A DNA stretch of 64,000 nucleotides, from positions 55,265-119,264 of the forward strand of contig DAHUYE010000008.1 of NCBI GenBank assembly GCA_027315345.1, given 5' to 3'. The translations under genes were made by a program, and so were the position numbers. Under the pieces are notes generated by a model. The model was given only the letters and a program-made list of their open reading frames with translations, was not told the origin of the DNA and searched no databases. The DNA comes from Actinomycetota bacterium (GTDB lineage Bacteria; Actinomycetota; Acidimicrobiia; Acidimicrobiales; JAJPHE01). Of this stretch, positions 1 through 8,891 are shown piece by piece; positions within the stretch are counted from its first letter, which is position 1; every line of letters starts with the position of its first letter.

Positions 1-23
1 TTCCCTCGCCCCGCCGGCGGCCG

Positions 24-818
24 TCAAGCTCTGCCCCCTGAGGCGGTGCGGCGCTCGATCAGGGTGCTGAAACTGGCCGCCACTTCGGTCTCGGGGACCC
101 GCTCGAAGCCCTCGGCGGTGATGGTGGCCACGGTCGGGTAGATGCCCCGTACCACGTCGGGCCCGCCGGTGGCGGTGTCCTCATCGGCGGCCTCGTACAG
201 GGCCTGGACGGCCACCTCGATGGCCCGGGTGCGGTCCATCCCGTCCTGGAAGGCCATCTTGATGGCCGTGCGGGCGTCCCGTCCGCCCGAACCGGTGGTC
301 TGGAAGTCGCGCTCCTCGTAGGGCCCACCGGAGGGGTCGTAGGTGAAGATCCGCCCGGTCTGGCGGCGCAGGTCGAACCCGGCGAAGAGCGGCACCACCA
401 CGAAGCCCTGCATGGCCATGGGCAGGTTCTGGCGGATCATCTGGCCCAGCTGGTTGGCCTTGCCCTCCAGGGACAGGGCCAGGCCCTCCACCTTCTCGTA
501 ATGCTCCAGCTGGGTCTGGAACAGGCGGACCATCTCGATGGCGGGGCTGGCCGCCCCGGCAAAGCACACCCCGGAGTGGCTGTCGGCTGGGAACAGCTTC
601 TCAACCGAGCGGTGGGCGATCTCGTGTCCGGCCGTGGCCCGGCGGTCCCCGGCCATGAGGATGCCATCGGCGTAGCGCATGGCCAGGACGGTCGTGCCGT
701 GGGTGACCGGAGTCGTGGATGGGGAGGAGGGCACGGCCGGGGCCGGCCTGACCCGGCGCAGCAACTCGGTGAAGCTGGGGCCGGGGTCCTCGGTGGCGGG
801 GAAGAGCGGCAGGCTCAT
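24..818 (-). CDS. prcB: 20S proteasome beta subunit PrcB
   Basis: 264-aa ORF. A propeptide is followed by HGTTVLAM (Thr-1 nucleophile context) and GDRRAT, with the overall Ntn-hydrolase beta-subunit pattern. It lies directly downstream of pup, as in the canonical actinobacterial locus. prcA would lie beyond position 1. Confidence 0.93.
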   Translation of the reverse strand: MSLPLFPATEDPGPSFTELLRRVRPAPAVPSSPSTTPVTHGTTVLAMRYADGILMAGDRRATAGHEIAHRSVEKLFPADSHSGVCFAGAASPAIEMVRLFQTQLEHYEKVEGLALSLEGKANQLGQMIRQNLPMAMQGFVVVPLFAGFDLRRQTGRIFTYDPSGGPYEERDFQTTGSGGRDARTAIKMAFQDGMDRTRAIEVAVQALYEAADEDTATGGPDVVRGIYPTVATITAEGFERVPETEVAASFSTLIERRTASGGRA

Positions 819-840
819 GGGCGCCGGGACGCCCCGCGCC

Positions 841-1035
841 TCACTGGCCGCCCTTCTGGACGTAGTTACGGACGAACTCCTCGGCGTTGTCCTCCAGGAC
901 CTCGTCGATCTCGTCCAGAAGGTCGTCGAGCTCGGCCTTGAGCTTCTCGCCCTTCTCGGTGCCGGCCGGAGCCGCCTCTTCGGTGGTCTCCTCTCTCGGC
1001 GGGGCCTGTCTCTTCTTCTGTTCGCGCTCTGGCAT
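841..1035 (-). CDS. pup: Prokaryotic ubiquitin-like protein Pup
   Basis: 64 aa, acidic and low-complexity, ending ...FVRNYVQKGGQ. The C-terminal GGQ is the Pup hallmark. Flanked by dop and prcB. Confidence 0.95.
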   Translation of the reverse strand: MPEREQKKRQAPPREETTEEAAPAGTEKGEKLKAELDDLLDEIDEVLEDNAEEFVRNYVQKGGQ

Positions 1036-1042
1036 CGGTCTC

Positions 1043-2530
1043 CTATGAGCCCAGTCTTTCCAGCAGTTCGGCTGGGCTTCTACATCCTTCTAACAAACTA
1101 TCGACGTGGGCGGCGGTACCCCTTAGGGGTTCCATCATGGGAACTCTCCTCAGGGGGTCGGTACCCAGGTCGAAGACCAGGGAGTCCCAGTTGGCGGCGG
1201 CTATGGACGAGGCCCACCGCTGGAGGCACTTGCCCCGGAAGTAGGCCCGGGTGTCCCGGGGTGGCTCGGTCATGGCCGTCTCCACCTCGGCATCGGTGGA
1301 TATGCGCTGCATGTCCAGCCGGCTGAAGAGGGAACGCTCGGGCCGCAGATCGTGGTACTGGAGGTCCATGGCGGCCAGGCGGTGGTCGTCCCAGCTGAGC
1401 TGGTGGCGCTCCCGGTAGCCGTCCACGATGCGGTACTTGGCCACCCAGTCCAGCTGGTCGGCCAAGGTCATGGGGTCGGATTCCAGGCCCTCCAGGACGG
1501 CGCCCCAGCGTCTCAGGACCTCGTCCCCGTCCCCGTCGGGGCCCAGGCACTCCAGGCCCCGCTCATGGGCGTACTTGGCGGCCAGGTCGTGCAGGGCCCA
1601 CTGGATGTCCAGCCCGGAGAGCTTCCGACCGTCGGCCAGATCCAGGGGCAGGCCCAGGGTCAGGTCGTAGGACACCCGGCGCAGAGCCTGGACCGGGGCC
1701 ACCAGGGTCAGGTCGGTGTCGGCCACCCAGTCGTCCTCGATCATGGCCAGGACGAGGGAGGTCACCCCCACCTTGAGGTAGGTGGCCACCTCGGACAGGT
1801 TGGCGTCGCCCAGGATGACGTGCAGGCGCCGGTACTTCTGGCCGTCGGAGTGGGGTTCGTCCCGGGTATTGACGATGGGCCGCTTTAGGGTCGTCTCCAG
1901 GCCGACCTCCTCCTCGAAGAAGTCGGCCCGTTGGGAGAGCTGGAAGTTGACCGTCCCCGACGACCCCGGCGCCTCGCTGCCCACCTTGCCCGCCCCGGCG
2001 AAGATCTGCCTGGTCACCAGGTACGGGATCAGGTGGTGGACCAACTTGGCGAAGGGGACGGCCCGGTCCACCAGATAGTTCTCGTGGCAGCCGTAGGAGT
2101 TGCCCTTGCGATCGGAGTTGTTCTTGTAGACGACGATGCCCTGGCCGGCGCCCAGCATGCGCTCCGCCGCCGCCATGGAACGGATGAGGATGCGCTCCCC
2201 GGCCCGGTCGAAGATGACGATGGCCCGGGCGCTGGTGCACTCCGGGGAGGAGTACTCGGGATGGGCGTGGTCGACGTAATAGCGGGCCCCGTTGGTGAGC
2301 ACGGTGTTGACCAGGTTGGTCTCCACCTCGGGCGGGGCCGAACCCTCCCGGGCGAAGCCGCGGGCGTCGTTGCCGGGGGCCTCGTCCTCGAAGTCCCAGC
2401 CCACCCGGCGCTGGAACTCGTTTACGTAGGCGTTGATGAGGGCCGATGAGGCGGCTATGGGGTTGTGCTCCCCTGCCCCGCCCATGATCCCGAACTCGGT
2501 CTCGATCCCGCAGACCTTGGGGATGGCCAT
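1043..2530 (-). CDS. dop: Pup deamidase/depupylase Dop (Dop/PafA carboxylate-amine ligase family)
   Basis: 495 aa with the N-terminal CGIETEFG motif of the Dop/PafA family. The position between mpa and pup and the ~500-aa length favour Dop over PafA. I could not verify the Dop-specific loop. Confidence 0.82.
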   Translation of the reverse strand: MAIPKVCGIETEFGIMGGAGEHNPIAASSALINAYVNEFQRRVGWDFEDEAPGNDARGFAREGSAPPEVETNLVNTVLTNGARYYVDHAHPEYSSPECTSARAIVIFDRAGERILIRSMAAAERMLGAGQGIVVYKNNSDRKGNSYGCHENYLVDRAVPFAKLVHHLIPYLVTRQIFAGAGKVGSEAPGSSGTVNFQLSQRADFFEEEVGLETTLKRPIVNTRDEPHSDGQKYRRLHVILGDANLSEVATYLKVGVTSLVLAMIEDDWVADTDLTLVAPVQALRRVSYDLTLGLPLDLADGRKLSGLDIQWALHDLAAKYAHERGLECLGPDGDGDEVLRRWGAVLEGLESDPMTLADQLDWVAKYRIVDGYRERHQLSWDDHRLAAMDLQYHDLRPERSLFSRLDMQRISTDAEVETAMTEPPRDTRAYFRGKCLQRWASSIAAANWDSLVFDLGTDPLRRVPMMEPLRGTAAHVDSLLEGCRSPAELLERLGS

Positions 2531-2554
2531 GGAGTCGACGCTACACAGAACCGG

Positions 2555-4324
2555 TTAGAGGTACTGCCCGGTACCAACCCGCTCGATGGCCCGGCCCCCG
2601 TTGGTCTCGTCCTCCCGGGCCATGAGGGTGCGGACATAGACGATGCGCTCGCCCTTCTTGCCCGAGATCTTGGCCCAGTCGTCCGGGTTGGTGGTGTTGG
2701 GCAGATCCTCCTGCTCCTTGTACTCCTGCTTGATGGAGGCCAGGAGATCGGAGGTGCGGATGCCGCGACCCTCCCCGGCGATGTTGCGCTTGATGGCCAG
2801 CTTCTTGGCCCGGCGCACGATGTTCTCGATCATGGCCCCCGAGGAGAAGTCCTTGAAGAACAGGATTTCCTTGTCACCATTCTGGTAGGTGACCTCCAGG
2901 AACCGATTTTCCTCATCGTCGCGGTACATCTCGGCCACGGTGCGCTCGATCATCACCTTGACGGCCTTGTCCCGGTCGCCCCCGCCCAGGGAGGCCACCT
3001 CCTCCTCGTCCAGGGGGAGGTCGCTGGTCAGGTAGCGCCCGAAGATCTGGGCGGCGGCGGTGTTGTCCGGCCGCTCGATCTTGATCTTCACGTCCAGGCG
3101 GCCCGGGCGCAGGATGGCCGGGTCGATCAGGTCCTCCCGGTTGGAGGCGCCGATGACGATCACGTTGCGGAGGGTCTCCACGCCGTCGATCTCGGCCAGG
3201 AGCTGGGGGACGATGGTCGACTCCATGTCCGAACTGATGCCCGTGCCACGGGTGCGGAAGAGGGAATCCATCTCATCGAAGAACACGATGACGGGGACGC
3301 CCTCCTCGGACTTCTCCCGAGCCCGCTGGAACACCAGGCGGATCTGGCGCTCCGTCTCGCCCACGTACTTGTTGAGGAGCTCGGGGCCCTTGATGTTGAG
3401 GAAGTAGCTGCGGGAGTTCCGGTCCCCGGTGACCTGGGAGACCTTCTTGGCCAGGGAGTTGGCCACCGCCTTGGCGATCAGGGTCTTGCCACATCCGGGC
3501 GGGCCGTAGAGCAGGATGCCCTTGGGGGCGGGCAGCTTGTGCTCGATGAACAGGTCCCGGTGCAGGAAGGGCAGCTCCACCGCGTCGGTGATGGCCTCGA
3601 TCTGGCTGTCCAGGCCGCCGACGTCCTCGTAGGAGACGTCGGGAACCTCCTCCAGGATCAGCTCCTCGACCTCGGGCCGGGGCAGCCGCTCGAGTAGCAG
3701 GCCGCTGCGGGGATCCATTAGGAGGGTGTCGCCCGCCCGTAACTTCACGTCGGCCAGGGTGTCGGCCAACTCGACCACCCGCTCCTCATCGGCGCGCCCG
3801 ACTATGAGGGCCCGCTTCTCATCCAGACGGTCCTTGAGCACGACCACCTCACCGGAGATCTCCCCGCCGCGGGCCAGGACGACGTTGAGGGAATCGTTGA
3901 GAACGACCTCCTGGCCCCGCTGGAGGGAGTCCTCGTCCAGTTCGGGGTGCAGGGAAACCCGCATCTTGCGCCCCCCGGAGAAGACATCGACGGTGCCGTC
4001 CTCGTTCCGGCCGATGAAGGTCCCGTAGGCGGCCGGAGGCTGGGTGAGCTTGTCCACCTCCTCGCGCAGGGCGGCGATGTGCTCGCGCGCCTCCCGCAGG
4101 GTGTAGGTCAGCTTCTCATTCTGGGAGACGGCCTGGGACAGCTGGCCCTTGGTCTCCAGGAGCTTCTCCTCCAGGGTGCGGACCCGCTTGGGGGCCTCCT
4201 GGAGCCGGCGGCGCAGGGTGAGGACTTCCTCCTCGAGGGCCTTGGCCTGCTGCTGCAGGTCGGCAACCTCCCGCTCGTAGGCGGACAGCCGACGCTCGTA
4301 TTCTTCTTCAGGCGTCGGGACCAC
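2555..4324 (-). CDS. mpa: Proteasome-associated AAA ATPase Mpa/ARC
   Basis: 589 aa. N-terminal coiled-coil heptads, Walker A GPPGCGKT, Walker [10 protein letters not shown], and a C-terminal GQYL proteasome-docking motif. Confidence 0.95.
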   Translation of the reverse strand: MVPTPEEEYERRLSAYEREVADLQQQAKALEEEVLTLRRRLQEAPKRVRTLEEKLLETKGQLSQAVSQNEKLTYTLREAREHIAALREEVDKLTQPPAAYGTFIGRNEDGTVDVFSGGRKMRVSLHPELDEDSLQRGQEVVLNDSLNVVLARGGEISGEVVVLKDRLDEKRALIVGRADEERVVELADTLADVKLRAGDTLLMDPRSGLLLERLPRPEVEELILEEVPDVSYEDVGGLDSQIEAITDAVELPFLHRDLFIEHKLPAPKGILLYGPPGCGKTLIAKAVANSLAKKVSQVTGDRNSRSYFLNIKGPELLNKYVGETERQIRLVFQRAREKSEEGVPVIVFFDEMDSLFRTRGTGISSDMESTIVPQLLAEIDGVETLRNVIVIGASNREDLIDPAILRPGRLDVKIKIERPDNTAAAQIFGRYLTSDLPLDEEEVASLGGGDRDKAVKVMIERTVAEMYRDDEENRFLEVTYQNGDKEILFFKDFSSGAMIENIVRRAKKLAIKRNIAGEGRGIRTSDLLASIKQEYKEQEDLPNTTNPDDWAKISGKKGERIVYVRTLMAREDETNGGRAIERVGTGQYL

Positions 4325-4478
4325 CTCCTCCCTTCGGAATTCGACCCTACACCGCCACCTGGGGCGCGCAGTGTATGCCGACAGCGTGACCTATTTCACC
4401 GGTTTCGCCCGGGTTAATGGCCGCTACCATCCGCCTGGTAGCCTCCGCCGCCGACTTGGACCCCGAAAGGCGAACGCG

Positions 4479-4718
4479 ATGAAGGTCTGGATCGACCAGG
4501 ATCTGTGTACCGGTGACGGCCTCTGTGAGGAGATCGCCCCGGCCGTGTTCACCCTGCTCGACGACGGCCTGGCCTACGTCAAGGAGGGGGACAAGGTGAT
4601 GAGCGACCCGGGCGGCCCCCAGGGCATGGCCCAGGTGCCCGAGGGCATGGAGGAAGCCGTGGTCGAGGCCTCCGAGGAGTGCCCGGGCGAGTGCATCTTC
4701 ATCGAAAAGGAAGCTTGA
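4479..4718 (+). CDS. Small single-cluster ferredoxin (CxxDxxC...CP type)
   Basis: Internal ATG at 4479 preceded by GAAAGG. The 79-aa product MKVWIDQDLCTGDGLCEEIAP...ECPGECIF matches 3Fe-4S/4Fe-4S actinobacterial ferredoxins. The upstream part of the track ORF (from 4371) looks non-coding. Confidence 0.8.
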   Translation: MKVWIDQDLCTGDGLCEEIAPAVFTLLDDGLAYVKEGDKVMSDPGGPQGMAQVPEGMEEAVVEASEECPGECIFIEKEA

Positions 4719-4719
4719 G

Positions 4720-5496
4720 CTAAACCGGCCCTATGTAGCGGGCGTGGGTGAGGAAGCCGGTGTGGGCCACCATGCGGTGGTCGGGCCGGACGGATCGGCC
4801 CTCCACGTGCCAGGTGCGCAGTAGGACCTCCAGGGTCTCGGCCAGCACGAAGGGGTGCTCGGCCAGGGTCTCCCGCAGGGTGGCGGTCTGGTTGATGGTG
4901 GGCAGGTAGGCCAGGAAGATGGCCCCCGGGCGCATGGCGCCGGCGGCGTGGGGCACCACCTGCCAGGGCTCGGGGAGGTCCAGCACCACCCGGTCGAGAT
5001 CGGTCTCCTCGATCCCGTCGTAGATGTCCGCGGCCCGGACCGAATAGCGGGACAGGGCCTCGGCGCCCAGGAAGGACTCCACGTTGGACCGGGCCCGCTC
5101 GGCGAAGTCGGCCCGGATCTCGTACCCGCTCACCTGGGCTCCGGCTCGCAACATCGTCATGGACAGGGCCCCGGAGCCGACCCCGGCCTCGACCACCCGG
5201 GCGCCGGGGAAGATGTCGGCCAGGAGCAGGATCTGGCCCAGGTCCTTGGGATAGATGACCTGGGCCCCCCGGGGCATCTTGAGGACGAAGTCGGGCAGGG
5301 TGGGCCGCACGGCCAGATATCTGGCCCCCGAGCCGGTCCGCACCGTGGTCCCCTCCTGGCAGCCGATCAGGTCATCGTGGGCGAAGAAGCCGGCGTGGCT
5401 GTGGAACGACGCCCCCTCGGCCAGGGTGATCAGGTAGCGCCGGCCCTTGCTGTCGAGGAGGAGGGCCCGCTCCCCGGGGGCGAAAAGGCGGGTCAC
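4720..5496 (-). CDS. trmI: tRNA (adenine58-N1)-methyltransferase TrmI
   Basis: The C-terminal 258 aa of the 367-aa track ORF align by eye with Rv2118c-type TrmI (GRRY...RPxLxDxxxxMPRGxQVIYPKD, SAM motif EAGVGSGALS). GTG at 5496 forms a GTGA overlap with the ttuA stop. The upstream part of the ORF is an Arg/Gly/Pro-rich artefact. Confidence 0.85.
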   Translation of the reverse strand: MTRLFAPGERALLLDSKGRRYLITLAEGASFHSHAGFFAHDDLIGCQEGTTVRTGSGARYLAVRPTLPDFVLKMPRGAQVIYPKDLGQILLLADIFPGARVVEAGVGSGALSMTMLRAGAQVSGYEIRADFAERARSNVESFLGAEALSRYSVRAADIYDGIEETDLDRVVLDLPEPWQVVPHAAGAMRPGAIFLAYLPTINQTATLRETLAEHPFVLAETLEVLLRTWHVEGRSVRPDHRMVAHTGFLTHARYIGPV

Positions 5497-6449
5497 CGGC
5501 GGGCCCGGCGGCGCCGGGTCGGAACCGGCACGGGAGTGGACTCCCCCACCGCCGCCACGGAGTCGACCAGTCGGCAGAAGGCGCACTGGCCCGACGGGGT
5601 CGGAGCGCCACAGGTCGTGCAGGGCTTCAACTCGCCCCGGTCCTCCTCGGATTCGGGTCGGAAGTGGGGCAGGCCCCGAGCCAGAAAGCCGGTGTAGAAG
5701 GCCTGTTTCGAGCCGGGCGACGCCTCCTCGATCAAGTTGAGGGCGGCTTTGTAGCCGAGGTGCCGGTTGCCCTCGGCCATGGGGCATTCCTCCACGATGT
5801 AGTCGATGCCGCGCAGCACGCAATAGGCGGCCATCTCCCTCTCGCCCAGGCGGATCAGGGGCTTCACCTTCCGGGCGAAGCCGGCCGCCTCGGGCAGGAC
5901 GGGCTCCTGGCGGCCCAGGTAATCGGTGGACCAGCGCAGGACGTTGCCGAGCAGGACTGCGGCTTCGTCATCCAGGTTGTGGCCGGTGGCCACCACGTCG
6001 TAGCCGCCGTTCAGGGCGGCCTGGTTGAACAGGTGGCGCTTGGACAGACCGCAGGCCGAGCACGGGACCCGGCGGGCGGCGGCCGCCCCTTCGGGTACGC
6101 CGAACCCGAAGCGGGAGGGGAGGTCGATCTCCACCAGGCGGGCCTGCCTGGACTCGGCGAAGGTGCGGACGTAGGCACCGGACTCATCGCTGTAGGCCCC
6201 GATGCCCAGGCCGAGATACAGGCCGTCGGCCTGATAACCCAGATCGAGCAGGAGGTCCCAGAGGGCCAGGGAGTCCTTGCCCCCGGAGACGGCCACCAGC
6301 ACCCGCTCTCCCGGGGCGACCATCTTGTGCTCCTCGATGGCCCGGCGGACCTGCTCGGCGCAGTGCCGCAGGAAGCAGGTGGAGCAGAAACCGGCGTTGT
6401 GCCGCCTGACCTCGATCACGGCCGGCGCCCGGCAGCGGCGGCACCTCAC
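5493..6449 (-). CDS. ttuA: PP-loop tRNA 2-thiolation protein, TtuA/Ncs6-like
   Basis: 318 aa. PP-loop SGGKDS, an N-terminal CRRC...CSTC pair and a C-terminal CTTC...CAFC pair (zinc fingers), plus central CSAC and a later Cys (Fe-S ligand pattern). It is coupled to a ThiS-like gene upstream. TtcA-type s2C32 specificity cannot be excluded by eye. Confidence 0.78.
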   Translation of the reverse strand: MRCRRCRAPAVIEVRRHNAGFCSTCFLRHCAEQVRRAIEEHKMVAPGERVLVAVSGGKDSLALWDLLLDLGYQADGLYLGLGIGAYSDESGAYVRTFAESRQARLVEIDLPSRFGFGVPEGAAAARRVPCSACGLSKRHLFNQAALNGGYDVVATGHNLDDEAAVLLGNVLRWSTDYLGRQEPVLPEAAGFARKVKPLIRLGEREMAAYCVLRGIDYIVEECPMAEGNRHLGYKAALNLIEEASPGSKQAFYTGFLARGLPHFRPESEEDRGELKPCTTCGAPTPSGQCAFCRLVDSVAAVGESTPVPVPTRRRRARR

Positions 6450-6646
6450 CCGGCGCCGCCGGAGATGACCGGCCGGACCTCGATCAGATCGGTGTCATCC
6501 AGCAAGGCGTCCTCGGTCACCAGGGTGTCGCCCCGGATGACCAGCACCGACTCCCGGTTGAGATCGAGGTGGCGGAGCAGGGCGCCGACCCGGAGGGGGC
6601 CGACCACGTCCACCTCCCGCCTCGGGTTACGCAGCAGGACCTTCAT
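6446..6646 (-). CDS. ttuB: ThiS/MoaD-family ubiquitin-like sulfur carrier (TtuB-like)
   Basis: 66 aa with a beta-grasp-like pattern, ending ...IEVRPVISGGAG (diglycine plus a 2-residue extension). Its stop overlaps the ttuA GTG start (GTGA at 6446-6449). Confidence 0.7.
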   Translation of the reverse strand: MKVLLRNPRREVDVVGPLRVGALLRHLDLNRESVLVIRGDTLVTEDALLDDTDLIEVRPVISGGAG

Positions 6647-6656
6647 GGCGGCGGGC

Positions 6657-6854
6657 TCAGCCCGGGGCCACGTGGTGGGTGATGACCACCGCCTGGCCGG
6701 GAGCCAGCTCCTCGCTCCAAACCGGCTGCGGGCCCCGGCGGGACCGGGACCTGCGCAGGATCCACGCCAGTGTCCCCACCGCCAGCCAGGGAGTGCTGCC
6801 CCGGAGGCCCTGACGCATGCCCCGGGCCACCAGCATGTCGAGCAGCTTGGACAT
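6657..6854 (-). CDS. Hypothetical small protein
   Basis: 65-aa ORF located 10 nt upstream of ttuB, with its start overlapping the stop of the preceding small ORF (TGATG). Composition is protein-like, but I recognise no family. Confidence 0.4.
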   Translation of the reverse strand: MSKLLDMLVARGMRQGLRGSTPWLAVGTLAWILRRSRSRRGPQPVWSEELAPGQAVVITHHVAPG

Positions 6855-7060
6855 CAGACCCGCCGTACCTCGACCACCGTCTTGTTCTTCCGGCCCCGGC
6901 GCCGGCCCAGCAGGTAGGCCACCCCCACCACGACCACTGCGAGGGCCCCGGCCACGGCCAGGCCGGCGGGGGCCGCCGCCCGGGCGCCCTGGTCGGCCTG
7001 TTGGCGGATCTCCTCGGCCTTGGCCTGGATGTCGTCTCTGGTGATGCGGGTCTCGGGCAT
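6854..7060 (-). CDS. Small membrane-anchored protein (helical N-terminal segment, one TM helix, basic tail)
   Basis: An internal ATG at 7060 gives a 68-aa product, MPETRITRDDIQAKAEEIRQQ...AVVVVGVAYLLGRRRGRK. The longer 190-aa track ORF is an Arg/Gly/Pro-rich artefact. Part of a tightly packed trio with 7063-7395. Confidence 0.45.
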   Translation of the reverse strand: MPETRITRDDIQAKAEEIRQQADQGARAAAPAGLAVAGALAVVVVGVAYLLGRRRGRKNKTVVEVRRV

Positions 7061-7062
7061 GG

Positions 7063-7395
7063 TCAGCTCCCAGCCTTGCGGGTGGCGCCCGAGACGATGG
7101 CCCGGGCGGCCAGGGCCGCCACGACCATCCCGGTGGCCAGGGTTATGACATACGGCAGGGGGGTCAGATCCCCGTGGAAGGTCGAGCCGGTCTCGGTCTG
7201 GAGCAGGCGCAGGACCCCGACCAGCAGCACCACCAGCCCGATCGACGTGCAAACCCCGCCGGCCACTCCGTAGGCCACGAAGCGCAGCAGAGCCTTGAGG
7301 GGCTCCACCGCCTCCTGTTTGAAGTAGGCCACCACCATCTCCCACAACTCGGAGACCAGCTGTGGGATACCTGGGTCCTGCTTCGGCTCGGGCAC
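7063..7395 (-). CDS. Two-TM membrane protein, actinobacterial holin-X-like (DUF1469-like) architecture
   Basis: 110 aa, with an amphipathic N-terminal segment followed by two hydrophobic helices (GVAGGVCTSIGLVVLLVGVL; YVITLATGMVVAALAA). The family assignment is by architecture only. Confidence 0.5.
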   Translation of the reverse strand: MPEPKQDPGIPQLVSELWEMVVAYFKQEAVEPLKALLRFVAYGVAGGVCTSIGLVVLLVGVLRLLQTETGSTFHGDLTPLPYVITLATGMVVAALAARAIVSGATRKAGS

Positions 7396-7404
7396 CAGCG
7401 GGTT

Positions 7405-8070
7405 CTATCGCCCCCTCAGGCGCCACGCAAACAGGTCGATGGCGGCTTCGGCCATCTCGACCAGGAGTTCGAGGCGGCGGCGGCCGTCGGCTTCCAGGAG
7501 GCGCTGGCGGTCAACCGGGCCCACCGGCACGACCGAGCACAGCTGCCAGGAGGCCACCACCGGATCCGGATCGAGATCGAACACGGCCGGGGCCAACACC
7601 GGGATCTCGGTGTTGTCCACCCCGAGCTCCACGGCCAGGGCAAGAGCCCGGCGGACGAGTCGCTCGGCTCGCCTCACCAGCTCCGGATCGGCCCACTCCC
7701 CGCCTTCTTCGGGCAGGGATTGGATGAGGGCGACCGGGTACGGGTCGTCGGGAAGCCAGGTGACGATCTTCACCCGGCGGTCGCCCTTGGTGACCAGGGC
7801 CCAGCGGCCGTCGGGAAACTCGGCCTCGGCCACGATGCGAGCCACCGTGCCCACCCCGAAGCGGCTGTCGCCCCCACCGACTTCCGGGCCCCTCTCGATC
7901 AGGACCACCCCGAACTCGCGCCCCGAACGCAGGCAATCCCGGGTCAGCGCCCGGTAACGGGGCTCGAAGACGTGCAACGGCAGGGGCATGCCGGGGAAGA
8001 GAACCGTGCCCAACGGGAACATGCCGATGGGCAGGACCGGAGCCTCGTCCTGCTCCCCGCTACCACCCAT
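7405..8070 (-). CDS. LON substrate-binding (N-terminal) domain protein
   Basis: 221 aa. The motif MFPLGTVLFPGMPLPLHVFEPRYR is the classic Lon N-domain opening. There is no AAA or protease domain. The start may be at an internal Met. Confidence 0.8.
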   Translation of the reverse strand: MGGSGEQDEAPVLPIGMFPLGTVLFPGMPLPLHVFEPRYRALTRDCLRSGREFGVVLIERGPEVGGGDSRFGVGTVARIVAEAEFPDGRWALVTKGDRRVKIVTWLPDDPYPVALIQSLPEEGGEWADPELVRRAERLVRRALALAVELGVDNTEIPVLAPAVFDLDPDPVVASWQLCSVVPVGPVDRQRLLEADGRRRLELLVEMAEAAIDLFAWRLRGR

Positions 8071-8150
8071 ACCGTGACGCTACCGCCGGGGGCCGGCCCG
8101 GCCCGGGGCCCGGGTGGTCGGCAGCCCGGGCCGTTGGGGTAACCTGGGGG

Positions 8151-8891
8151 ATGCTCCATGCACTGGTGGCGGTGCTGGTCGGCCTGGCCATTTGCCAGTT
8201 GGCCAACCTGGTTACGACCGTGTTTCTGCACCGGGCCCTTTCCCACCGGGCCCTGACCCTTTCCCCCGGCATAACCTTTGCCTTCCGGGTGGTGACCTGG
8301 CTGTCCACCGGCATCCGGCCCCGCCAGTGGGTGGCCGTGCACCGCAAGCACCACGCCTTCACCGACGTGGAGGGTGATCCGCACTCCCCCGTGATCCTCG
8401 GCTACGCCAAGGTTCAGCTCGGCAATGTCGGGCTGTACCGGAAGGCGGCCAAGGACGAGGCCGTGGTGGCCCGCTACGCCCGGGATCTCCCGGCCGACCG
8501 CTGGGACCGGGTGCTCTTCGACCACGCCCTGATCGGCCTAGGGATCGGCACCGCTCTGCTGTGGCTCATCCTGGGCTGGCAGTGGGCCCTCCTGGCCGGA
8601 GGGGTCCATATGGCCAGCTATCTCGGCCTGTCCGCCTCCGTCAATGCCATCGGCCACACCTGGGGCCGGCGCCGCTATGACAACCCGGCCCGCAACAACC
8701 AGTGGCTGGCCTGGCTGACGGCCGGTGAGGGCCTGCACAACAACCACCACGCCGCTCCGACCTTCGCCCGCCTGGCCCACATGGCCCGGGAGATCGACCC
8801 GGGCTGGTGGCTGGTGCGGCTCCTGGTGGGCCGGGGCTGGGCCTCGGTGCGCCATGAAGAGGCCAAGCTCAAGGTCCCCAGCGCCGCCTGA
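8151..8891 (+). CDS. Membrane fatty-acid (acyl-CoA/acyl-lipid) desaturase
   Basis: 246 aa with three His boxes (HRALSH, HRKHH, HNNHH) and hydrophobic segments in the expected order. Confidence 0.85.
   Translation: MLHALVAVLVGLAICQLANLVTTVFLHRALSHRALTLSPGITFAFRVVTWLSTGIRPRQWVAVHRKHHAFTDVEGDPHSPVILGYAKVQLGNVGLYRKAAKDEAVVARYARDLPADRWDRVLFDHALIGLGIGTALLWLILGWQWALLAGGVHMASYLGLSASVNAIGHTWGRRRYDNPARNNQWLAWLTAGEGLHNNHHAAPTFARLAHMAREIDPGWWLVRLLVGRGWASVRHEEAKLKVPSAA

Noticed and set aside
2465-3697. 410-aa ORF on the plus strand, antisense to mpa. Similar long antisense ORFs occur at 679-1326, 1352-1888 and 3947-4417.
   Set aside because: It is fully overlapped by an unambiguous AAA ATPase gene. The translation is Gly/Leu/Asp/Pro/Arg-rich with no recognisable motif. 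Long open antisense frames are expected at about 70% GC.
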